Source of the DNA: Phoronis australis
Lineage: Eukaryota > Animalia > Phoronida
Assembly (NCBI GenBank): GCA_002633005.1
Contig: NMRA01000266.1
Location: 453,925 to 517,924 of the forward strand
Direction: 5' to 3'
Length of the DNA stretch: 64,000 bases
In this document: in pieces, positions 13,400-25,600 of the stretch
Layout: every line of letters begins with the position of its first letter
Numbering within the stretch: position 1 is the stretch's first letter
Notes under the pieces: model-generated
The model's database searches: none
What the model saw: the letters and a program-made list of their open reading frames with translations, nothing else
Told to the model about the DNA's origin: nothing
Program-made: the position numbers and the translations under genes

Positions 13400-13558
13400 T
13401 TTCATCCACTAAATAACGGGTCCGTTATTCAATGATTTTCTGGTTCTCTAAATCAGGGTCCGCTATATCCGACTAGTGCAGTCGGATAGTCCGATAGTGG
13501 ACCCTGATTTGAGAACTAGGCAATCACTAATGACTAGTCCGTTATTCACTTGACGAAA
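13400..13558. repeat. Foldback/palindromic element (MITE-like) in ASPM first intron
   Basis: Nested inverted repeats TTCTCTAAATCAGGGTCCGCTAT...ATAGTGGACCCTGATTTGAGAA around ATCCGACT/AGTCGGAT; boundaries approximate. Confidence 0.6.
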
Positions 13559-13643
13559 GTGCTTCCGTAAATCGGTGTCCTTAATGCGCTATATCCAACC
13601 AGTGTCATATTTTCATGCAAACATGAATTAATTTCAGACAACA

Positions 13644-16600
13644 ATGGCTGACACAGGTGGGACTCCTTCCACACCTCAGCGGAAGTCGGGTCGTCGCTCT
13701 TGGTTCACTCCAGGTAACAAAACTCGGTATAAAGCAGATTATGAAATACTGGAAACGTTTGCTTAAAATGCCGTATTCTTTGCAACTTACGGCATGTTTG
13801 CTTAGACCTGATCAACACAATTTTACTCAAAACCTGGCTGGTTGTGTTGTCAGTTTGGTGATGTATGCACACATGCAGTAGAGCAAGAGTTGTTGATTAA
13901 ATACAAAATCGAAGACTTACACTTTTTTACGGAATAGATAACCTACTTCTTGACCAGTAGACATAAATTTCAGTGGTGTCTGCAACTGTTTCTGGCGTTA
14001 AGAGTTTAAGCAGTGTTCTCTACATTGTCAAGATTTTAAGTTTTTAAACATTTGCTTTTTGTTGTGAAGGTTTTGATTTGTACACTGTTATACATGCACG
14101 TTGTGGCGCGGGGGGCGTTCAAATCGTGTCTTTACTGGTGGACTATCGAGCATTGCACAAAAGTGTCTCCTACTCCTCTGAGACAGCTCGGTCATACTAG
14201 TGAGTGAATGAATGTATGCAAGGGAATGAATGAGAACTATTTTGGAATACCGAACTTGGAATGTAAAGTGTGGAAGAAAAGTGTAAAGAAGAGAAAAGAA
14301 AGAATTAGAGTTTGGTTTATCAAGTTTGACGTCTGTCGTCTGCTAAATATACTCTCACAAAAATTCCGAAGTGATTAAAAATTTGCCGCAATGGTCATTA
14401 ACATTGCTGAATTGGATACCAGTTCCTTGTTACTTTCATTTCAGATTACAAATTTTATGTTTTCAGGAAAGACTGCAAGCAGCGTTAAGTTTGAAATCGA
14501 GAGCTTTTGCACGCCCACCAAGAAACCTGATGTATCCTCTAACATAGAGACTTTGACATTGTCACACTTTGGTAAACCACCAAGGTAAATTAGAAGCACA
14601 AATCGCAGATCGGATGTTTTGCTCTGCGTTGATTGTTGGCACATAATGTACAGCCCTGAAAAGCCTTGAATAGTCCTTGAATTTGATGCTGACCTTGAAA
14701 GGACCGTCAAGTTCGGTTTTTAGCCTGGAAAATATTGAAATGTCTTATTATAAGTAGGTGCATGCTGTTTTATTTTTTACCGTTTCAAGTAACATATTAA
14801 ATGAACGGCAACATTTTTCTTTATTTATATATATTTCATGCATTGAAATACTTAAAGTTTGACATCAACTTTGCCAATTTGTTTTTCGTTTTTTAAAAAA
14901 GTTTCCAGTTGTGAAAGAAGTTAAGATGATTACACTCAAACAAAACTGTACTAACAGGGCTAATGACATGGTCAAAAGTCTCCACTTGAAAATGCACGTA
15001 GCATATTTGCACTCATTTTCTCTGATTTGGCTACGTAAAAAGTCGCGACCATGAAAAAAAAAAGCAGAACGCCACTCAGGACTTGAGCTAAAGTGACCTT
15101 GAATTTGATTTGAGCATGCCTGGCCTATCTACAAAGGAGGATTAATTTATACCTTTGGAACAACAAAAATTCTACAAAATTCATTTCCACTAAACTCTTC
15201 CGAGAGAAATTATGTCATATCTTCACTGTAGGAATCTAATGGATAACTGATTACACATTGTTTAATCATCCCAAAAGTTCTTGAAAAGTCCTTGAATTTC
15301 TTAGTCAAAGCTTCGCATGAACCATCATGTGAAATCCGTCTGCTCTTTGAGAGCTGCAGCTTAGCATTCAACCAAAGTAGTTCATGAAATTCAAGGGACA
15401 GTTCTCAGACTATACTAAGTTGTTTGCTGTTGGTTTTCACGGTTTTCACGTTCTTGACCTCCCCTCCTCCTCTTGGTGTGCGGTGGTATTACCCGGTATC
15501 TATTTTCTTTGCTCAATCCCTTGCAAAAATATCTTGCTAGAATTATTTAGTTGAATTTTTTGTCACAATTAAGTAGCATTTCGTCTGACATTATTGTGCC
15601 TTGCCGCCACTTGTTTGCTAATGTTATGGACTTCTGCAATAAGTTGTCACAATTTTGATGAAGTGGATGGAGTACGATTGTGCCAGAATTGAAACAAATT
15701 CCAGTCTAAAATAGATGGGTATTAAGTCCTGATTTTGTGCGTTGAAACTTTGTCGAATTTGGTTACGGACAAGTTAATGTCGAAAGCAATTGTACAGTTA
15801 ATAAAAAAATAATTGCAGGTGGTCTGATACACGTTGTACCAGACGTGCGCAGGCCTCGCATGTGGGCCCATTGCACTGATCACCTGGAAATATTTTTATG
15901 CTCTATTAATATATGGTTAAAACCGAGCTGAGGAGCTAGAAACCTGGCTCAAGGGTTTAGCAGTGTGACCTAGTGGGACTCGAACCCACGACCTCGAGTA
16001 AAGAAAGCGGGCACTTATCAACCAGGCCACACTGCCTCCTCTACAGTTAATGGTGCAAATACTCTGGATCATGTATTTTTCTATAGTAGAGTTGCAGTTA
16101 TTTAATAGTACTTGTATTCTGTTACCAGACTTGACTTTGGTAATATCGTTGTTGGAGCTACAAAAAAGTGTCAGCTACGATTGGAGAACCCTCATGATCA
16201 GGACCAGCGAGTGAAGATTGAGAAATTTCCATTCAAGAAAAACTTCTTTGTTGCCACATCAGAGTTTGTCGTGCCTGCCGAGGACAAGGTGAGCATACAT
16301 CGTCTGTAACTTTCCATAAATGAGCGTCCTGTAATTTGGAGAAAATATTTGTTTTGAGGTGTGGCTGAATGATTTAAGGGATACTATTTGAAACCCTGTT
16401 TTGATGACTTCAGCCAATCCTCGTGTTACCTGCTATATTGCATCGTTGGCACCAATCTTGAAAGATAAAAGCGGGAATCAACTAAAAACTTACACGCCCT
16501 GTCACAGATTGGGCATTATAATCTTGGTGGGTGGTCTTTCTTCGCAGTTGCCTTACAATTCGCCAAAAGCATAGTCACACTTGCCCAATTTGCAGAGTTC

Positions 16601-19600
16601 AAAAGGAGTTCTCAAATTTTCTTCCAAATTTTTTAGGGTTATAAAGCATTTTTGCGTCTCAGGAAATTGGACGGAAATGTTTTTTATGTTTGTTAATAGG
16701 ATAAAACCGGGTTTAGTATTTGTTTTTAATGTGGGTTATTTACGCATGTTTTGTACTGGTACTGTATATTTTAAGTTAGAAGATTCTTATGCTCACTCTG
16801 TACCATCCTTTCTCCTAATTGTTTATCTAGGTCATCATTGACATATCATGGAATCCGACAGAAGAGGGCGCTGCTAGGTGCATGGCCTTGTTTCTGGTAG
16901 ATGGCGCCTACCGTCTGCAAGCTATCATGTTTGGGGTTGCCGAGGAACCACCTAAGCCGAAGAAGGTACTCTTTGGAGCAAATTTTGCCAAAGTGTGTGC
17001 TAGAACATTTTGTAACCAGCCTTTAGAATAACGCTTAAAATGAGACCGCTGACAAAGCAAAATGTGTAGCAGAATATGAAATAGGCTTTTTTCTTGATCT
17101 GTATATCTGGAATCATTTGGGCTAATCTAATATGTTTTGATTGGAAATGGAGCTTGTTTACTTGTAGCTGGAAGTCATTTTAGACATTCGCCTTGACTTA
17201 TTCATAATGAGAGAATGAACTGCCACTCGTGAGTTTAACAAAGTTCTTCTCAGTTCTGTCCAATTCACAAACGTAGTCACACCAATCAATATTACGTGGC
17301 TTTTGAGATGACTGAGATGTATTAGATATGAGCAATTAGAATGGGGGCTAACTTCTCTGAAATCTATCGGAGCTGTTTGTGAAATAATTTTGGATTGGTT
17401 CAGTCGATGTTTCGACGCCAGCGACTTGCCTATCACACTTGTTCCATTTGATGTACTCACAACGAACTAGACAAGATGGAGTGTAACAACAGTATTGACC
17501 TACCAATAGGTGGAGCTACTTACACGGCTGCAGGCAGTACTGCCATTACTTGTCTATGTAACTTTCTGTAATTCAGATTGGTTGGCCATAAAATTGGCGC
17601 AAAATATGAGTACGTACGTAAAACATCGTAGAACGACCGATGCAATGCCTGTTGGAGTGAATAAAGTTCAATTTACGAGTGGCTCCGATCTCTGAAGTCT
17701 TTTCTTTCTTTCCAGAAACGTGGTGTAGTCACTCGACCTACGTCAATCTTGGCCATGAAGAACAAAAAAACTTTTTCATCAGTGAAGAAGAAGTCTCCTC
17801 CCGATGGGAAAAAGAAGAGGTCTCCCGGTAGTGGCAAGCGAAGAAGCGGCAAAGAGAATTCACCCCAGGTTATGCCACCGTCATTACCTCACCACGCTGT
17901 GAATGATGTTGTGCATTCCCAGCTTGTCCAGGAACCACTCCGTGCTAAGTTAGATGTTCAAACCGATCGATCCTCAATGACTCCACGCAAGATGCGACGA
18001 TCGGTCACGTACACCCAAGTTCAGACGCCCCTTCGGAGTTCAGAAGCCGCTACATCCAAGGAGACGCCTCCACCTGTGGTTTCTAGTGTTGCATCTGATA
18101 TAACTGCAGTCCTGGACACCCCCACTGCTGTGTTTGGACCGACCCACTCCGACTTGACTAGCATTGACACGCCCATGAGAGTGTCGTCTGCGCTCTTCAA
18201 TGACATAACTACGGTCGTGAATACACCTGTTCACGAATTTGGACCAGCAAAGACGAGCAGCGTGTGCGAGGACACGCCATTGCGCGCATTCCCAGCTAAA
18301 GCAAATGACATCACCACTGTGCTAAGTTCACCGTCTGTAGTTTCTGACAAGGTCACATGTTCCACATTGACGTCCTGTCAGGACACTCCATTCAGAGTTG
18401 TTTCCTCAGCTTCTGATAACTTGGAACAGTCCATGTTGACAAGGTCTGCTCTTTATGTGCCAACGAGTCCTTCATCCAAAAGTGTGTCCACCTTGGTTGT
18501 GTCCCCTGTCCACGTATTCAACACGCCTAAAAAACCCCTGGTCTGGGCAAGCTATGGCAGGGACCGTTCTCCCCTGTGTGAAGTGGAACCTTCCACGCAG
18601 ATCAGTGATGAATCTGTTCATTCCTTGTATGACAGAGACTCCAATGAGTTGACAACGGTTGTCAGTTCTCCCAAAACAGCCTTTGATACTCCAAACACTG
18701 GAGTTGCCCCAGCAAAGAACATGCTTCTTGCGGCGCTCGACACTCCGATGCGTATGGCACTCAGTCCAAAATCCATCCTGCAGAATCACGCAGCACAAGA
18801 TAATATGTCTGCTGCTGGCACACCACCACATGTCAGTCCGGACTCGTTCCTCATGGACTCCGTGAAGAGAGCCCATGCTCTGAAACAGATTCCCAGTCCC
18901 AGTGGCGTGCTCAGCGATCAAAAGTCCCACAATGCCGTCATTCGCCAACTCGACAGTGTCAAGTCAAATTTGTTGGAGACCACATTCCGTAGCTCCAAAC
19001 AAGGTTTTCCCATCATGACTCCGGAGCAAATGCCGACTCCGCGACGTGAGACCGTCATTGTTTCTTCTCCAAAACTGGTGCGACAACCTCCAATGGTGCC
19101 CGTTCCATTTGTCGCCAACAATTGGAACGGCAAGGGCAAGATATTCCCGGAGATTACTGACACTCCGAGCCCACGCCGCGAGACGGTCATTGTGGATAAA
19201 CCAAAACAGGTCTTTGCTGCGAGGTTGTTTGCGTGTCAAACGGCAGAGGTTAGTCCTCGGCGAGAAACATATACGGCAAATCAGAACAGACCTGTCGTTT
19301 CACGCATCAAAAGTAGGTCACCACTAGTGTCACGCCAAGATGTTGTTCCAGTCGAAGCACAGATACAAGAGGAGAGCGATACTGCGTCTGCGTCACAGTC
19401 GGCTGAAAGTCTCGTTTGCGTTGAGGTACCGAAAACTATTCCCAATCCTCGTCAGGTGAACAGTATGACCGTGGTCAAGGAGCCCAAATCGGTCAGTCCT
19501 ATCTTGGACGATGGTCGTACAGTCAACAGGAAGTCGCCAAAGAACCTCTTTGGTTCTGGAGATTCAAAAAGTGACCAGATGCAAGAATCTATCGAGGACG

Positions 19601-22600
19601 CAGTTCCAATTACAGACACGGTTGAATCAGAATCTTTGAATGTGGAAACAGTGAAGGTTGAGGAAGATTTGATGGTGGAACCCACTAAAAGTGTCGACCC
19701 TGTTGACTCAGCGCAAAGCAATGAATTGGTGTGTGCGACAACACCCTCCGCTGCTTCAGCACAATTCAACCCAAAAATGGAAAGTGCGCATAAGTCGACT
19801 GAGTCTTGGCTTATTTCCAACGACCGCCGTTTTCGTCAGGAAGATTTCCAGGTCAAGAAGAGTGCGGTGACTGCACGGTTGACAGCCAAGAGGACGCACA
19901 GTCAGACGAGAGCAACAAAGGAGGATGGGAAGAAGGTTGTGGACACGTCTGCTAGTAAGAAAATCAAAGCTTCTGTTGAGGAGACAGACGTAAAAGACAG
20001 ATCTCTGACGAGAACACAGAAGCTGAGAATTCAAGGTAGCTCATGCGATTATGCTCATCTATCAATTCTTTTCTACCGTAAATTTTATTTAACGTTTAGT
20101 CTTGCTATTAGTTGTTGAAAATTATTTGTTCGCTACAGTCTGTTTCTGTGTCAGTTTCTATAAAGTTCTGCATTTTGCTACAACTCTGTTGTCTGATGTG
20201 ACGGCTCAGTTTTCAAATATTAAGTGATGACTTTATTCAGTTGTTTAGAAGAGCAATATCTTGAAAAAACCTCTGGATTTCTTTTCCCAAGGCTTTTCCC
20301 GTTTCCCTTTGACGCCTCTTCCATTGTCCCAATGAAAAAATGTGTGCTAATGAATTTAATATTTCAATTTAACAGCCGCTGGAGGCAGCATCAAGTCGGC
20401 TGCCAAGACTGAAAAAGCCAGCAAAAAGAAAGCAGCTGTGAAGGGCGTGGCCCAGTCAAGGCTGCTACTGAATAGGAAGGCTAACACGGGTAATGGAGGT
20501 TTGATGTTTCTTATTTACGATACTCGTATGGTTTGAGGTTTTGGTGCATTCCCTAGGCTTATGAGTAATTCTATGATTACACTAAGTTAAGAATCTTAGT
20601 TTTAGATTGTGGGATAGGTTTGCTGACATTTTGTCTTTATTTAAACTACATTTCCTCCCAGNCTCTGGATTTCTTTTCCCAAGGCTTTTCCCGTTTCCCT
20701 TTGACGCCTCTTCCATTGTCCCAATGAAAAAAATGTGTGCTAATGAATTTAATATTTCAATTTAACAGCCGCTGGAGGCAGCATCAAGTCGGCTGCCAAG
20801 ACTGAAAAAGCCAGCAAGAAGAAAGCGGCTGTGAAGGGCGTGGCCCAGTCAAGGCTGCTACTGAATAGGAAGGCTAACACGGGTAATGGAGGTTTGATGT
20901 TTCTTATTTACGATACTCGTATGGTTTGAGGTTTTGGTGCATTCCCTAGGCTTATGAGTAATTCTATGATTACACTAAGTTAAGAATCTTAGTTTTAGAT
21001 TGTGGGATAGGTTTGCTGACATTTTGTCTTTATTTAAACTACATTTCCTCCCAGTGTTGTTGGCAACAAATAAAATTCAATATGTGTCGTCTGCTCACGT
21101 AAAACCATTTTTCCGGAACTATTAGCGATTTGAGGCTCTATTGGGGTAAGTGAACCTTAAAATTCAAAATGGCGCGTGTACACGTAGCGTGTGACTTGAA
21201 CTGGTAACACATTATGTGACTGATTTGTGAAAGGTCAAGGTTGAATTTCTTTTTATAAACAGCTGAATGGAAAAATGCAGCTTTGTGTGGGAAAAGGTCA
21301 TAGGTCATACTTGTCACAACTCACTTCCTAGTCATATTCATACAATAGTTCACGCATACACGTTGCAGCCCTACCCAAACATCCGATGCCGTTTGCCTCC
21401 AAGAATATATATTACGACGAACGGTGGATCGAGAAGCAAGACCGTGGCTTCACCAAGTGGCTGAACTTTGTACTCACCCCTCAAGATCTTGACATGTGCA
21501 TGACAGCACACAAACCTACTAAGAGTATGTTACACTTGAGTATAGTCTTGTTGAGTTTTTGAAATTTCAAAATTCATGCAGTTTAAAGAAACTAGTTTTA
21601 TATGACCCAAGGCTGTAGTGATCAATGTCGGACTGGTCACTTAGTGGCAGCACCTCTTTAGGACTAGTTTTAACCTTCGAGACTGATTTACTTTCAAGAC
21701 TTTCAAGCTTGTGAGGGTAAACAATCATTTTGCTCAATGTTGGAGCTTCTGCTAAATTTCAGAAATAGGTAATATTGGCCATATCAAATTCACAAATTAC
21801 GATCAATGGCAAGCGATCATTCACCTGGAGGTTAAACACTATAGGAGCTCATGAAAACTTGCCTACTCAGTGACGATTTACAACAATTTTATCAACTGCC
21901 AATCTGGCTTTAGGCTGTTGAGTGTGAGAAATATCAAGATGAATGCCAAAATCACCCACATCGCAATCTTCAGGATCAGGAAAATTGTATTTCATTATTA
22001 CAAAGTTTAGTGACTGTCCAAAATTGGAGAATTTCACCGTATTTGTGCAATTTTGTGGAGTCTGAATTAAGCACAGCTTAGTTATTTGTGTTGACTATGG
22101 CAACTTATCGACGCACTAAAATTGAAAGGTCATGTAGTAATGCTATACTCTACAGACATTGTCCGTCTTTTATTAACTGGTATTGTCAACCCTTGCAGTC
22201 GATGCTGGATCTCTGTCCATCGAATGTGGTCGCACGGACACCACATTAGCGCCCTCTAAGGAGACCCTGTCATTCCGCGCTTACTCAGCACGCCGCAGCA
22301 TGAACCGCCTGCGCCGCGCCGCCTGCAAGCTCTTCCAGTCTGAGCCGGTGGTACGCGTAGTACAACGAGTTGAGGCGGAGGTAGACGTAGGAAGATTGAG
22401 CGTGAGACGGGACAGAAAGCTAAGAGCTGACTTGGGTGAGTTGGAATGACTAGTTGTAATGTTTTCATTTTCTGGTTAAAAATGTGAGTTGGCTCCAAAT
22501 ACACCAGTTTCAGTTGGGAATCACGATAAACAGGGCTTGGAATTTTCTGCGGAAACACGGATTTCCGCATTTTTCAAATGTTCTGTCCACGCATTTTATT

Positions 22601-25600
22601 ATATTTCCGCGTTAAAAAAAAATCGGATTTGATATAAAATTTCCGAGGCAAATTCCTTTCTTACCGCGGCGTTGCAGACGACGTTCACCTCGAAAAGCGG
22701 AAGTTGCTCTTTATTTTTCGGAGGAACGTAAATTGTCAACATTGCCGGGGCATCTGGGATAGCGTGGTGGGATTTTCAATGGCGTCTCGTGTTATTGTAA
22801 ACCGCGGCGACAAATACTACGGCTCTGCAGCCAAAAATGTGTGGGTTGGGAGTGGACGGACGAGCTAAAAGGACGCAGACGCATGCTACTGATGGTGGTA
22901 ACATTTTTTTTTTAATCCCGATTCTTGGCGAAAAATTCATATCGACTATTTCAAGGCTTGGTAGCGCGCACGTTTTGGACCGTAAAAGTTTCCGCGTTTT
23001 TTGTCATTGGTCATTCCAAGCCCTGGATAAAACAAGCACAGTGGTAAGACAGTCACATATCTTCAATATGGCTATACCTCTACATACCCTGAGTATGGTT
23101 GGACCTCTGTGTTCCCTGAATGCGTTTTGTCGATACATTATGTAATTAAAACTCTACAAGACCCTACAAAGAATTTTGTTTTCCAATTATAGTCTGTGAA
23201 ATTTTCTATCTGTGACTAACTAGCCGTGTATTGTGTGCATTCAGACAATGTTTTATTTGACTATTATGAAAAACCTTGCTGGCATAGCTGCAAATGAGTG
23301 GCCCTTAACCTGTGTCAGTAATTAGGGTTACCCGATTCGTTTGCAAATGTGCATGCTCAGGCATAAGTCCAATGCCCCGTCATTAACCTAGATATGTCCT
23401 TCAGATACACGCTACCCTGGTTTGATTGCACCTCATTGACCAGACTTTCAATTTCCTGTTACCAGTAAGTTACTGGTTCGACGACCATTTTTGGTCCGGC
23501 CTTTATTGCTGATATGGAACCAGTTTGATGCCTGTTCTTCAGTGGGGAAAACTGGTTCTCTACCAGTCAAAGTTCGTACTTTTGCAGATGGATTTAGATG
23601 TTTTTCCTGGTGCCGCTATTGGTTTTTCGTTGAAATACCTTGTATGTATGGCGACTGAACGTTTTTAATTCTTAACCCTCCATTTCCCCGTTACTCTCTG
23701 CAGGTATCAAGCAGGCCCTGTTGGACATGATCCTGTCATACAATCCACTCTGGCTGCGCATTGGTTTAGAGGTAACTTGATGCTTGGACTGTTTAGTGAG
23801 GATTGCATTGGCATTTTCTTAGCCTGTACCTCTTGGAATTTTAGCCCTGCATGAGAAAAGTATTATTTTGGAATAATTTGTCTTATTCTATAAAGATATG
23901 TAAATGGTCAGAAGTTGCAGGCCATAAATTGCAAATCAAAGTATCTATCTCTTATTTTATGCATATTTTCCGATACGGACACTTGTTTGTGTTAGTTTCG
24001 TTCAATAACAAAGCCTTGTTGAATCATTATTGCCACTTTCACCTCAGACCATATAATGGTGAGCTACTGCCTGTTTAGTCCAACAAAGCCTTGCTGAATC
24101 ATAGTATTGCCACTTTCACCTTCAGACCATATATGGTGAACTACTGCCTGTTCAATCCAACATGGACGTGGTCGGAATCTCCAGGTTTATTCTCACGCGT
24201 CTCCTAGGCAACCCTGACATCGCAGCTTCCTACGCCCATCCCACAGTGCCGCACTCGTACAAAGATGGTGAGCGTCGTCATTTCGATACCGTGTTTTTGT
24301 TCAGCTATTTCATGATGGTCTCCCATGGAAACGGAAATTTGTTTGGAGTTGTCAGTTATACAGGGCTTTGAATTTTTCTCTTGTAAGAAGATTTCCTCTT
24401 CTTTGGTTTCAATTTCCTCTTATTTGATTTTCAGTTTCCTTCGTCTCTTTTTTATCATTATTTTCACTTTATTTATATAGAAGCATTTATTTCAGTTAAA
24501 TTTTACAACACTAAAAGTATTTCTATCACACAAGCCTTTTTATTTGTGGAACGATGCATCACCTGGAAAATTTTCCTCTTTTTGTCATTGGTCATTCCTA
24601 GCCATGGCTGTATTGGTGCTGCTTACTTGGACACTTTTATTGGTGAGACTGAACAATCACTTTCAGGAGTCCTGCATTTTGAGAACCAGTTTCTGCTACT
24701 GAATAGCAGGCATTAAACTGGTCCTCAAAACAGGCACCCCTGCGACGTGTACTGTTCAACATTTACGTGAAGTACGTGCATACAGTCGGTGTGTTGTCAT
24801 TTATCAGCAGGAACAATAGATTTTGCTGAGATTGTGCTAATCTGCACACTCGATCCACAACATATTGTTTCCACTGTCTCATTTCAACAGCTGCTTAAAT
24901 AGCCAGGGTGGAGTTCATAGCTGTCTCGTAACTAGAAAAATCAAGCCAAAATCACATGTTCTCATTTAAAATAAACGGCAAGATCTCGCAAAGTCTTGCT
25001 TTTCTCACAAGGTCCTAGCACTACTGAACTCTACCCTGTATTAGACAGTGGCCTCACATTGTTACTACTCACTGACGTCTGCTCCCCAGGTTATGATGAG
25101 ACTGTGGCCAGGTACACACTCAAGAAGTTCCTCATCCTTGTCTTCTTCCTCGACTCGGCCAAGCTGACGCGTCTCATCGACCACGACCCGTGTCTGTTCT
25201 GTAAGGACGCAGACTTTAAAGTAAGTTTCCGTTGGAAATGTTTTGTAGACCATCATGTGTGTTCAGTAGTATCGGTGCCTTTGACATTGCTTCGTCTGAG
25301 TATGTTTTGCAGTCATAATTATTTGTTTATTTACTGTTGTTTATGAAATAGAATGAAATAGTAGGGTTGGTTTCATGTTAACATTCACATCCTTCCAGTT
25401 GTTTATAATGTATACATGATTGTGTTGCGGTCTCATTTTTAACAAGTGAACACCTTTGATTTGCCTTGCCAATTTTATTCCTCCCAGAATTCCCCCGNCT
25501 ACATGGGTTACGTGACCAGCCATCGGCAGACAGCGCTCGAGGAGTACGACTTCGCCGTCACTAAACTAGCTGTGGACCTCCGCGACGGCATGAGACTGGC

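Noticed and set aside
15923-15950. Hammerhead-like string GAGCTGAGGAGCTAGAAACCTGGCTC in the SINE
   Set aside because: No stem II can form between CTGAGGA and GAAA, there is no proper cleavage triplet, and it is antisense to the Pol III transcript.
18021-20034. Antisense and alternate-frame ORFs over the large ASPM exons (also 30789-34026)
   Set aside because: Shadow ORFs of long coding exons with no independent motifs or splice signals.
20663-21054. True tandem or mutually exclusive ASPM exon duplication
   Set aside because: The junction is an N gap and the copies differ only by allele-like changes.
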